From Eledone cirrhosa (taxonomy: Eukaryota): a stretch of 64,000 nucleotides of DNA. Positions 1 to 13,899 of the stretch are shown in pieces (the stretch's first letter is position 1; each line of letters begins with the position of its first letter). Under the pieces are notes generated by a model. It saw only the letters and a program-made list of their open reading frames with translations, was not told the origin of the DNA and searched no databases. The DNA is taken from NCBI GenBank assembly GCA_964016885.1, contig OZ024742.1:122450001-122514000 (forward strand), in the 5' to 3' direction. Both the position numbers and the translations under genes were made by a program.

Positions 1-1810
1 GAACATAGAGAAGTGATTCCCACCAGATTCACAGCGCCATTTATATTAGACGCAGTCAAACTTATTCTGGAAAACAACACTTTCTTCTTCAATGGAAAGA
101 ATTACATCCAAATTAGAGGCACAGCGATGGGAACGAAGTTTTCTCCCGTTTACGCGTACTCTGTATTGGGATACTTAGAACAACAACTCTACCAAGAAAT
201 CGAGGAAAAGTATAGCACTGAATTTAGAAAGTATATTGAAATGTGTTGGAATAGATACCTTTACGACAGTTTCAACATCTGGACATAATCTCTAGAAACT
301 CTGGATGAGTTAAATATCCTCCAGAATAACCTACACCCATCTCCCCAATTTACAAAAGAGACGAGTAGTATCAAATTGCCATTCCTAGATATAATGGTAA
401 TCAAAAACTACACCACCATTATCACGGATATATACTATAAACACACAGACACCCATCAATATCTGAATTTATGCCGTGCCATTCACCTCATACAAAACGC
501 AACATCCCATACTGCCTAGCCAGAAGAATTTGTACCATTGTAGAAGATACAAATACCAGGAACAAACGCCTAACATAACAGAGAATTTTTGCTCAAACAA
601 AAATACCCATTTCTACTTATAGCAAATGGCATATAGAGGGCTATAAAAATACCTATACAACAACTTAGGACAACCCAAGGAAGAAGAAACCAAGAATTGG
701 TCATACCATTTATAATGACATACAACCCATGTCACCAGAATATCTTCAACACTACCAAAGCAAACCTACCGATCATTGCTCAAAGTAATGAATTAAAAGG
801 TTTAATCACAGACAGAGCTTTGTCTCTTAGTAAAAGACAGCCGAAAAATTAGAAGCAATTACTAACACAGGCAAAATTTGACCTTAACAACAAAGACCAA
901 TCATTCAGTGTATCTAAATGTAATGATAGTCGATGTGGCACATGTCAGTTCATACATACTGGTCAATATACGAACACAAAAACTGGAAAAATATTCCTAA
1001 ATGCAAATATGAACTGCAAAAGCAGAAATCTAATTTACTGCATTAAGAAAAAATTGTGAAGAAATATATGTCCGTCAAACTGGAAATGCACTATCGGAAC
1101 ATGCACGGGTGCACCGACAGCAAATCAGAGACCCCAAAGTGTGTCAGATAACCCTGAGCAACATGTGGTCAGAAAATGTTTATAATATTTCCATTCTACA
1201 AACTACACAGCCCAAGTGAAATCAAGAGAAAAATTAAACAAAATAATTTTATTGATAAATTCCAACCCAAGCTAAATGAAAAATAATAATGCTTAGGGGT
1301 ATTACTTCTTATGACTACGCCTACGACCATGTCGACTACCACCACTAACAACAACAACAACAACAATAATAATAATAAAAGTGATGTTGATAGTGATGAT
1401 TACTGAAGATTCTTTATAAAAACCATAGACAATGCCATTTTCATCATTTCTAAGAATAGCAAAACATTTGATGCTTTGTATAGGGTCAAATAGAAGTCGT
1501 TAGATATGTTCAACCAACCGTGACGCCTAAACCAATCAGCTTTAGTGATCTAATGAAACCACACACCGATTGGTCGAAATACAGTTTGCAAAACTTCGCA
1601 TTCTGTAGCCCCTTTTTACTGTATATGAGGCACACATTTTGGCCATCACCACCACTGACAGTACTTGTTGAATTAACTTTTAATATTCTACCATACTATT
1701 TCATTATAATATCATTATAATTTTAAAGGATTGTAAATAAAACGAGTTAATCAGACAAAGTTGGAATTCCTTTTATTATTATTATCTTTATACACAATCA
1801 ATACACACCC
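1..1810 (+). mobile_element. Penelope-like element (Neptune-like), 5' cut by window edge, degraded RT + GIY-YIG + 3' UTR/pLTR
   Basis: ORF 13-288 has PLE RT motif QIRGTAMGTKFSPVYA. Downstream frames give LPFLDI, then CNDSRCGTC..NCKSRNLIYCI and RVHRQQIRDPK (GIY-YIG region) up to about 1290. Many stops and frameshifts. A decayed HHR-like CTAATGA..GAAA lies at 1550-1579. Confidence 0.85.
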
Positions 1811-1856
1811 GTGTATATTTATTTATATATATCTATCTATCTATATATATATATAA

Positions 1857-2273
1857 AATATTTAAAAAATAAATGAATAAAACAATAAAACAGTTCCTTA
1901 TATTAAACAAAAAAAGTTCATTATTTAACGATCGTTTCTGGGATATATATATGTTAGAATTGGCATGTATATTTAACAGATCTATGTACAAAATTATACA
2001 AAATTATACAAACTATCAAAATTAAATATACATACCAACTCATATATATGCCGTCTTCAGAAATTATTTCTGAAGACGGCATATATATGAGTTGGTATGT
2101 ATATTTAATTTTGATAGTTTGTATAATTTTGTATAATTTTGTACATAGATCTGTTAAATATACATGCCAATTCTAACACATATATATCCCAGAAACGATC
2201 GTTAAATAATGAACTTTTTTTGTTTAATATAAGGAACTGTTTCATTGTTTTATTCATTTATTTTTTTAATATT
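1857..2273. repeat. Near-perfect 417-bp palindrome (208-bp arms, centre 2065), fold-back of a PLE-type pLTR
   Basis: Centre GCCGTCTTCAGAAAT-T-ATTTCTGAAGACGGC. Arms can be followed out to 1857 and 2273 with few mismatches. The right side continues as an unpaired tail to about 2406. Confidence 0.93.
2063..2210 (+). ncRNA. Type I hammerhead ribozyme with extended stem II (mirror copy on minus strand 1923-2064)
   Basis: Stem I ATTATTT/AAATAAT. Core CTGAAGA 2070-76. Stem II includes GAGTTGGTATGTATATTTAA/TTAAATATACATGCCAATTC. GAAAC-GATC-GTT (palindromic stem III, GUU triplet 2201-03). Confidence 0.75.
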
Positions 2274-2408
2274 CTATCTTGACTCTGTATTCCGTTTATC
2301 TTTCACCGAAAGTGATTTTTCATTGCATCTCTTCTTTCCATGATATCCGGATTACATTGAGTTCTTCATACGGATTGGACACTACCGTAAACTCTTGGTA
2401 GATTTATC

Positions 2409-2460
<52 letters not shown>

Positions 2461-3770
2461 TGAAGTTGGGCGTTGTTCGTTTGTTTGTTTGGTGTCCCGA
2501 ACGATAATCGGGCCCCTAGAAGCAAAAAATCGATATTTTCAAAAATCGTCCGATTTCGATGAAACTCGACGCTAATTTGTATTTTGATCTGGAGATGAAC
2601 GTGGGCTACATTAAAGTTTCAAAAGAATCGATAATCGGACCCCCAGAGGCAAAAATCGATATTTTCAGAATTCGTCCGATTTCAACGAAATTTGATATTA
2701 CCACAATAATAGATCCATTAGGAGTTACTCCAAGGCTGCAAAAATTCAGAAAGTTTTTTTAAACTCATAAATCATGCGTTAAATGAGACCTTTAAGAGTT
2801 AGGGCAGACAATTATTCATAGTTTAATTATCGATGGCGCAATATTGTGGAAATATTCAAATCTACGCCTTTCTTTTTCGGAAAATGGAAGGCTTTACAAA
2901 CAGATATTCAGGGTTCTTTGAGTAGAATTCTTAATTCTTAAATAATTGTACAGTCAACAAAATATAAGACAGAATGTTTTCCATATTTTTTCAAATATCT
3001 TTCGATTTCAATGAAATTTAATGTGAATGTGTTCGAACACAAGCACTTTTAGTTTACACCTGGCGCAATCAAAATCAATTTCATATGCCCATATAAGCAC
3101 GCACACACTGTGACTCACCGCGCGTTCTTGATTGGACGGCCTGTATATACCGCGTGCTGTATGTTTTCTCAACGATAGATACACAAACAGGTATCCACGC
3201 ACGTGCGAACCGCCTTTTTCTCTTTGTGTGTATCCGCTTTTTGTGAACAACAATAAATCCGACCGTCTCACTAAACGGACCTTTACAGAATTTGCCCACT
3301 TACTTATCGGTGAGTTAGTGCTTATTTTTTTAGACTATTTGCATGCCATTTCAGTTAAATTTAATTCTTATGAGCGTATTTGCAAATTGCTATTGTTCTT
3401 TAATTTTTTAATTAGTTGTCATAGACCATCTGCATGCAGTGCAATTGATTGCGCACACGTACACACCTGCATGCCGATAAACACTGACAGATAATAAAAA
3501 AATCGATAATTTGCTTAATAAGACATCGGTCAAAAAGAGAGATTGAATGTATTTTAGAACATTTTTTTAATATATTGTTCTTTTTGGCATGATATGTCAG
3601 AAATATAGCTACTATTCACTTTGGTTATTTTTTGGAACTAAGAAACTGATCCTTTTGGGTGGATACTTAACGAGAAAGATCCCAAGGTTTTGGACAAGTC
3701 TGTTTTAGGCACTGTATAGACGCCAATTTTGTCACACCTTGGTCATGAATTCGGATTCTTTTCCAATAGA

Positions 3771-4028
3771 TAACATAATTTCCGCTCTATAAGGCTCACC
3801 GGGATATAAGGCGTATCATCTAAAATCAGGTCCGCGCAACGGCGTGTAAGGCCATCCAGGAAAATGCATCTTCTTTACTTTTAGTCTAGATCTGTTACTT
3901 CTGTTAGAGCCGTGATTGATTACCATTGTATTATTTACACATAAGGCTCACCAGAGTATAAAGCGCAAAGCTGTTTTTTGATGAAATTTAGATATTTTAA
4001 GTGCACTTAAAGTCCGGAAAATTCTGTA
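3771..4028. mobile_element. Decayed Tigger/pogo-like MITE nested in the Helitron
   Basis: Imperfect TIRs TAACATAATTTCCGCTCTATAAG and (revcomp) TACAGAATTTTCCGGACTTTAAG, resembling pogo/Tigger ends, with TA flanks. Confidence 0.5.
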
Positions 4029-4434
4029 AGTTATTATAATCATATTTCCAAACCTTCGTATTCAGCATTAACCATGCTAGCGAATCTGGTGTCACCTCTC
4101 TCTGTACTTAATCACCCCTCTCTAACCTAACAGCTTCCTTACACGTCGTTATGCCCACACGAAAACATTCAAGACTTACCTCCAAAAAAGATACAGCTAC
4201 TGCTTTGAGACAACGAAATAGGCGTTCATAGGTATGCGTTCATTCACAATTGGTTAATCCTTTATGCAATATTCTCCTGCGTTTATCCTGTCACCACTTT
4301 TAAGCAACTACAACATTCTAATCGTAGTTATATTAAATTTATTGTCTCACCTTGATTCCCTTTTTTCATATTATACTTTTCTCATTTACTATTGGCACAG
4401 TGCTTTTGGCTTAGCATTAATTAACTTTCTCTAG

Positions 4435-5190
4435 GAAACACCTGCTGAGCGCGAATCTAGACTCGCTGATAGACGTCTTTCCCGGCTGGTTGAGGCTCCA
4501 ACATCCCGTACGACAAGGCTTGCGTATGTTCGCCTTCGTCGCCAACAAGCGCTTGCGGAGGAGTCACCAACACCCCGTGCGACGGGCCTGATGGTGTTCT
4601 CCTTCGTCGCCAACAAGCGCTGGCGGGGGAGTCATCAACATCCTGTACGACGTGTCTTGCTGGCGTTCGCCTTCGTCACCAACAAGCGCTTGCAGAGGAG
4701 TTACCCACATCCCGTACGACGCGGCTTGCTGGCGTTCGCCTTCGTTACCAACAAGCGCTTGCAGAGGAGTCACCAACATTCCATCAGACGAGGCTTACTG
4801 GGGTTCGCCTTCGTCGTCAACAAGCGCTTGTAGAGGAGTCCACGGCAGAGACAACAGGCTTGCTGCTAAGCGTTCCGGGCATACATTAGCTACTGCTGCC
4901 AAGAGCTCAGGCTGGGTAAAAGCAGCCTTCAGATATAACCCCTCTGAGGATTACGGACTTCTGCCTACAGTTTCCATTGGCAGGATAATGTCTGTACACC
5001 CTGCAAGGCAATGAATTGATCAAGCGAGGCGCCTTCTATGTGTTGTGCAGGAGGTAAGGTTCAACTAGAGGCATTGGCTGTCCCGCCAGACGTTATTCTG
5101 AATCTACTTACAGGTGACGACACTACAGCTACAACGTTCCGCCGTAACTTGTGGAAATACAACTCCTGTTTCATGATGACCTATTTTGGT
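4435..5190 (+). pseudogene. Helitron RepHel N-terminal fragment with 23-aa (69-bp) repeats
   Basis: AAFRYNP..VSIGRIM and MCCAGGKVQL..PP..LLTG..FRRNLWKYNSCFMMTYFG match the typical Helitron N-terminal region. About five 69-bp repeats lie at 4490-4840. A splice acceptor TTTCTCTAG ends at 4434. Confidence 0.8.
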
Positions 5191-6289
5191 GTAGACAATA
5201 ACAACACCAACAACAGCGTGAACTCCAACAACAACGTTGCACCTGTGATGCGCGGGAAGTAACTTTCACACATTTTAACAACAGAGCAAAGGCCGACTTA
5301 CACCCGGGCAACGCCGGGTATTCTGCTAGTATATATATATAAATGTGCGTGTGTGCCTGTGTGCGTGTGCGCGTGTGCGTGTGTGTGTATGTGTGTGTGT
5401 GTGTGTTTGTGCATGCATGTCTATCTGTCTGTGAGTCTCTATCTGTGTATGTGTATGCATTTATATATTGATTTCCCGAACGGAAGAAAGGTGTATCACT
5501 ATACTAAGATCCAGATCAGAGTCAGAATACATCCTTTACCAGTTGTCTATTTCGTTTTCTTACGATAAGTCCGTTTTCCCGCAGTGATTACTAAGTATCT
5601 GCATACTATGCTCAACAGATGTCATTCTCAATATTTGCTGATTTCCCGAGTCGGCTAAGGCGGTACGTGGTGTTGACACATTTAATCATTAATATTTCTT
5701 TCTTGCAGTAACTTAGTATAAAGAAAACAGTATTATTCGACATCTTTTTGTTTTTAAATATCACCAAGATAGATTTACGCCTGCAGTAATTGTAATACAT
5801 TTTAATGATTCTTTTTCATTTTCTCTTTTTGTGGGAGTAGGGGTGGGGTTAGTCATTGTATTAAGACTAATCAACATAATAAATACTTCCAAGGAACACT
5901 GATTCCTTTTTCACTTATATATGAGTGTAACCTCAAGTGTTTTCTATATCTATTTTCTGTATATTAGTCTACATATGTTTTAACTTGTCCAATTATCGTA
6001 TTATATCTGTTATCACTTAATACTACAACTAACACAACCAACAACACCGGCGTGCGCAAATCGTAATTTGTTTTGTATTCTTTGTGGCTAAGACTGGGCA
6101 ATTGTTTCCTTTCCACTACAGTGTCTGTGTATTGCTTCATTACGTATATTTTGAGATTTCATTTGGGGTGGCTTTCCTTTTCTGCTGCAGTTCATTATAC
6201 TCCAGTCTCAACTTTGAGGCCAGAACTTCTTAATAAAGTGCATTGCATTGTGCTCTATTTCCTCGCTACTCGCTTTTTCAGATATTGAC

Positions 6290-7480
6290 CTGTTGGGAGT
6301 TTTATAACCATCGGTTTAGAATGTATTCTGGAAATCAGTTTCAATTTAGATTTTAGATTTCCCCTCTTTCAGTGATTGTTTATTCTCTTCTCTTTTATTT
6401 TCTACATAACAATCTGTCAATTCAGTTTCTATTTCGTACTTATTGGCTTCCCTGAAAAGGGAGATCAATATTGTGCTTTATACCTGCTTTGTGGTTATTT
6501 GTATTAATTCTCGATTATATTTATTTGTTTATTTCAGTAGTCCTATACTGGTTGTCTTATAATAGTTCTCTGGTTGCATAAGGCACCTATCTACTTGAGT
6601 TTGTGAAAAATATAATCTTTCCACATCCGATTTCAGGTGATGTATTCTGAATGTAGTCATTATCTTTCTTGTTTCTCCGTCTTGTTCTGCTTGTTAAGAA
6701 TAGCAGAACTGTAGCCTATTACTAGGAGAGCTAGTGTTTTTAATGTGTATTACCTTGTCGTTTGCATTTAACTCAGCGCTATATTATTCTAATGTGTCGA
6801 TCGTATTCCTATCTTATCCTTTCTTTCATTCATGTGGCTTGTACAGGTTCTTTGATTTGAGAGCGTTGTATGCCTGTGCTTGATTAAATTCTGTTATCTC
6901 TCTATCGAACAAATATTAATTATTTTAATTGGTTTTCCCCTTTTCAATTTACCATGACTCAATTTCCTAATCCAAATTTCAAAGCAAATATTTTTTTGTT
7001 AATCCGAGCAGTATCTGCAGTCATTTCTTCAGTTATCTATCGTCTATGACATACAGCGTGAGATCTTCATAACGTCCATTTTTTTGCCGTAGCTTTTGTC
7101 TTGAAATACAACCAAGTTTAACATATCAGTTATAGGGTTCCGTGCTAGGTAAAAGGGGACTCGAGATAAATAACTCTATTAAAATTTCTTTAGTTCAGAA
7201 GGCTTTATGTTTTAGAATTCCCTCTTTTGTTTGTATCTGCTTAACTATTTGCCACTTAAACAGCACGGTTGATGCTTTTTTTTTTAGTTATTTCCTTCAT
7301 GGCCAGTATGTGCAATATCCGCATGTAGGCATAAATGCCGGTTATGAGCCTTCTGATAATCAATCCATATCATGCTAATGTTCATTTTCGACTTTATGCA
7401 ATCTACGTACTTTGTGCAGTCTTCGACTGTGACATTGTTTAGGAACTGATCTTTCGTTGTTGGGCAGTTGATGGTTTGTT
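6290..7480 (-). mobile_element. Degraded R4/Dong-like (RLE-type) LINE RT fragment
   Basis: NISMIWIDYQKAH resembles R4/Dong NLSMAWIDYKKAYD. Decayed YxDD-like and FGL motifs follow. Boundaries are uncertain. Confidence 0.55.
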
Positions 7481-7569
7481 GTTCAGTAACTCCTTTTAAC
7501 TGCCGAGTGTGCCTACTCAAGGGAAACGAGACACACAGAAACCACACAACTAAACACAAATGAATTAAG

Positions 7570-8684
7570 AGAGGCCAAACAAATGTTAAAATGAAGGGTC
7601 ACGCCGTCAGTCTCTTTTGTGTTACTTGGCGACTGGAAAGGTATCTTAGACGCCCGCTGGGAATATGTTGAGCTAGAAGATATGGGGGGAGGGTGTTAAA
7701 GCCTCACAAACCTGCTCAGGCATTTCCAATTGTCTGTCAGGCACCGACTGGTTTTTCTGAATGTGCCAATGTGGACATGGACAAACCGCATCGCGTCATC
7801 CAGATCGTATCTTGATAAGTTAATTTGTAGGAAAATAGATATGGTTAACATAAGCTGCCCACATTTGAATAGTCGACTACATAGAGGTACACATTTGCTA
7901 TCTATGTGATCAATCTAGAGAGGCTTCATAGACAGGGACGCAACTAATGGAAGCTGAACGCATTTATTCCGGCGCGCAAGGTACCGGATTAGTGAATTAG
8001 TTAAGTGGACGTCGATGGAAGCTATTTGCCAGACATGTTTTTCTGAAGCTCGTTTTCTTAGCAAAATTGCAGCCTTGTGTCAAGAAGAGACCGAGAGCAA
8101 GCGCTTGGAGACTGTATTATCTACATGCGCTCGCCACCCTCAGTTAATCGATTGCTACGGTTGGTGCAAACGCCAACTTGGCATTCAATAGAAAGTTAGT
8201 GGCGCGTAAGAGCGGTGACGTCTCTCGCAAGAGTGAGCATCTACGGAAATCAACTAGCCAATCTCTTCGATAGAACTTTCGGGCCGGGCCCCATGGACAA
8301 GTTCCACAAATCTCTGGTCTGGCAGTGCTATCAAGGAGCTCTGCCAGTTCGGGATAAACTCGACAGGCATACCTGTTCGAGATGCACGCAGTGCGAGGAA
8401 ACCGTAGTGTATGCACTCGTCAGGCAGAGGTCCGAGATGCACGCCGGGCGAGGGCACTTGTCCTTGTAGTCAGGGTCACCGTGGAGGTTTTGAATGGGCT
8501 TTCACCACGTGTGACCTTCGGAAGTCGCCCCACTATTGGGAAATTTTTGTTTGTGTCATTTTGTTTTGTTACATCCTCCGTTCTTCTCGTATGTATATAT
8601 TTACACACAGAGATGCCCACTTGGACCGTCATGTTCTGTTCTTAATGTTATACTTTATGTCAACCCTTGTGGTTAATAAAAAAA

Positions 8685-8718
<34 letters not shown>
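7570..8718 (+). mobile_element. Internally deleted L1/Tx1 copy, same family as 14982-20736
   Basis: Shares NQLANLF.RTFGPGPMD..KSL.WQCY.GALPVRDKL, the endonuclease-end segment (WTWTNRIASSRSYLD), the 3' UTR and the (TTA)n tail with the long copy. Confidence 0.85.
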
Positions 8719-8720
<2 letters not shown>

Positions 8721-10559
8721 AGAGGTTAAATACGACGAATCGTTAGAGAAACGGACAAATGTTAATCAGTAATTGGTCGAGATCTTTACTTTGAGTAAGA
8801 AAAAATTTGGTTTTCATCATAATTTATCCGGCGCACCATAGGGTCACATTAATCAACTTTCCCCTTTTCTAAATTACTTGTGTCTATGCTAGAAATAATT
8901 ATTCGGTGTAATTTGTGTAGTATATAATTTGTGTGAGATGGTGATGTGTTTGAAGTGTTACAGTAGCTCGTATTATTTGTAAAAGATTATGAGTTGTGTT
9001 ATTTTCTTGGTTTGTGTTCTCTGGGGGTTGATGTGCAGCGTAATCACCATATGAGTTATACACGAAGTGTGATTTATGAGTTACCTTATTGAATTGAAAG
9101 AACTTATGGTCTTGATGGGCCTAGTAGAGATATTGTTTTGGTGTCCCTTGTAAACGATCAACATACATATACACACATACTGAAATACGCCCTCAGATCA
9201 TAGATATATGAATTATGTTACTGAGAAGCGCAATATTCGTTGTTGAACAAATATTACCAAAGGCACCCAGTGTGCAGTAAAAACACTCAATTAAATTAGG
9301 ATTACAGAATATGATTATATTACAGATAAAAATATACGTAGGGGACTCGACCAGATATAATAGAAAGAGACATGAATAATAATCTCTATATTCTAATAGA
9401 TATCTCAAAGCATTGTTCAGCTCAAATAGTTCGGATCGAAATAAGGAAATTATCAATTGCGTATAGCGGGGTTTAAAATGAAAATAACCAATGTCTGAGT
9501 TATCAATGTACAATGGATTCACATTTCAACTGGACCGCTAGTTATGATAAAGAACATGGACCAAATACATCTCCAAAAATACAAAATTTTCAAAAAAATA
9601 TATAATACGTAATACACATCTACACAGAAAATAGAACCCTAATCGGCATTTCCCACACATTATTGAACGCATTTTTAACACATTGGGTAACATCTCGCAT
9701 TACACTTTCTGCAAATAAACGTCATTCTCGACAGCAAATTATACAAACATCCCCCACATAAATCACACAGCATATGATCTACTCAATTATTACCCCCATA
9801 GTAAAAATCACAAGATAATTTACAGAACACATACGAAACACAAGCACAAATCTAGAAGGAACACAATGAACAAAGCAGTAGAAAATTTACACAATGCAGA
9901 TGGGAAATTGTAAATGAACAACCGAAACATCAAAACAAACAAGTACACCGTACAAATAGAATTCTACATTCCCAAAGGACAGTTATGCCCAAACATAAGT
10001 CTCGGAAGGTGCACCAGCTGTTGTGAATGGAACCGTTTTTACACCTCTTGCAAGAAACGAAAAACAAATCACAATAACGACTAAAACATAAAAAATGGAA
10101 ATCAATGCATGTAAATAGCACTCATATAATGTATTGATTGTTGATATATTACAGTTATTCATATGAAAACACATGCGTAAGGACAAGTGGATAAAAAACA
10201 AAAGCAAAACAAACACTAAATTTAAACAGATATACACCAAAATATTCTGTATAAAGCAAATAGAAATACGGAATTTGGCACTTTAAATCTAAGGAAAACA
10301 TTCAAAGACCATTGCGTGCGAGTACTTATAAACATAAGTGGATAAATCCTGTACCCAACAAAAATAACACTGTAAATATAGGACCGGGCGTTACCCCTCA
10401 AGTACCACAGTTAATATCGAAGGTGCACATGGATACGGGGGGGAATGTTTTTCTCTTCTATATGCATATTTCACAGCAAACATGAATGAACGTGCAAAAG
10501 TATACATAGATAAAATCTCAGAGAAATCTCGACCCCCAACAAACTAGTAAACCAAAGAA

Positions 10560-11890
<1,331 letters not shown>

Positions 11891-11899
11891 ACAGGGATA

Positions 11900-12480
11900 T
11901 GGATCCACCGTGGACACTTTCGGCCTCCACCCGCTTTCCTGTCTCCACAGTGCCAGCCGCCTTCCACGACATGCTGCCCTCAACGAGGTCATAAAGTATG
12001 GCTTTGACGCTGCAGGCTTCCCTTCCCTGCTCGCGGCCGGTGGGGCTGGCCCGAGAGGACGGCAAGAGGCCAGATGGCTTGACCATCTTCCCGTTCCGCG
12101 GTGGCAAACCCCTCGTCTGGGATGCTACTTGCACCAAAATTTTCTGCAGCTGCAACCTGGTGTGGTCTGCGACTAACCCAGGTTCTGTTGCACGTCGGAC
12201 TGAAGAGGCCAAGCTCTTCAAGTACCGGTCGCTCTCCGACAGTTTTGCGGTTGTACACTTGGCAGTGGAGACTTCTGGTGTCCTCGGCCCTAGGGCTACC
12301 TCACTACTCACCACCATAGGCGCTGAGCTGACCAGCGGCTGGTGTGAGCCCCGCCAGTTGGAATGGCTTTTCCAGCACGTCTCCCTTGCCGTCCCCCGGG
12401 GAAAAGCCTTCTCTATTCTGTCCGCCGGGGCTGTGGGGAGGCCACCAATATGATTGACTGACTTATCATTTATTCAGTCA
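11900..12480 (+). mobile_element. 3' fragment of a CRE-like non-LTR retrotransposon (zinc knuckle remnant + restriction-like endonuclease)
   Basis: HPLSC..SRLPRHAALNEVI, then (frameshift) PVGLAREDGKRPDGLTIFPFRGGKPLVWDATC..KYRSL..LAVETSGVLG, a PD-(D/E)xK RLE signature. GC-rich relative to flanks. Confidence 0.8.
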
Positions 12481-13656
12481 GATGATCCATGCTTTCTCTT
12501 GTAGAATAGTTTCAATTATCTGTGACGTTTTTCTTTGGTCGTTCTTATGGCAATTTATGCTTGTGAAACATAAAAAAAGATCAGCAGAGTCTACAGACTT
12601 AGTATTTCTTGGCGTTGCCGCATCTCGAATGAAGTCAGTCAGAAAAAAGGCTGCTTTGAGTTTGAAGAGTATCGCCTTTCACCGTTCCTCTACTGCCTTT
12701 CACCGTTCCTCTACTGCATTGGAAAGCTAAAAGTTAAAATGAAACTTGCAAATTTCAGACTAAATACAGACGCAGCCATGTAAGAGTTCACTATTTAAGA
12801 GTTCACCATTCTCAGCTATAAGGAAAAATCGACTGCGCTCAGAGCTGGAGAGGGCCGGTGCCTATATGACTCCTCAAGATGTTATGGGATCTATAACATT
12901 TATATAGATTAAATGTATTTGATGTTGTTTTCAACGGAATCTGGTATAAAAGCGATTATTTCAAGGAAATGATATACTAAACACGATGGATCATAAGGTG
13001 TATGCGAGTTTTAAAATTAATTTTTCTTTGTCTTTATTAGAAAAAGAAAATAATGTATTTGTATTTTGAGCTCATATACAAATTATAGACCCCACCCCAC
13101 CTTTAAAGACAAGCACCGCAGAAACGATAGCCACCTACTAAGTTTCATATATATATGCCAGACCTTTTAATGAGAAAATCATACCCATCAAGAGTCAGAT
13201 TATCGTCATCTTTTTATATAGAGAAATTTCTTAATTCACATTTTCCAAGACGGTATACTTGGCTTCTTTATAAATTTTATATTTCTTTGTTTGATAATTT
13301 GTTTTTGTCGTTCTTTATTTATGTGGGTACACGATAATCACATATGTTAACAAGCATGCTATACCGTCAATTTACGTTTAAACCTGGTCGATATATACCA
13401 AGAAATAGCAAACTTCAGTGACATCTTCAATATCCGTTACTGGATAACTTCGTATTTCCTTTCATTGTATTGATAATTCTCTACCTATTCTGAAGTCTTC
13501 ACGTGTTTTATAGCTATTTGATTTGTATGTTTTGTATATACCCGAGCTCTATGATTTGTGTCTCTTTTGTACTAAGTTTGAAGTTTGTTTTATTAACCAC
13601 AACACAACAATGCCAAGGAAATTACTTTTAGATTATATATATACATATGTATATAC

Positions 13657-13750
<94 letters not shown>

Positions 13751-13808
13751 ATATATATATGTGTATGTGTGTGTGTGTGTGTGTGCGTTGAGCGTGCTTC
13801 TATATATA

Positions 13809-13843
<35 letters not shown>

Positions 13844-13899
13844 TTACATATCATCTATGCAGCTTTTATACATATTGCTTAGCCCAGAAAGACATTAGT

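Larger units (their letters stand above)
2407..5329 (+). mobile_element. Non-autonomous Helitron
   Basis: 5' TC(TA)n start after an A at 2406. 3' hairpin ACCCGG-GCAACG-CCGGGT (5302-5319), then CTAG|T at 5326-5330 (A|T target). Internal RepHel N-terminal remnant. Confidence 0.85.
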
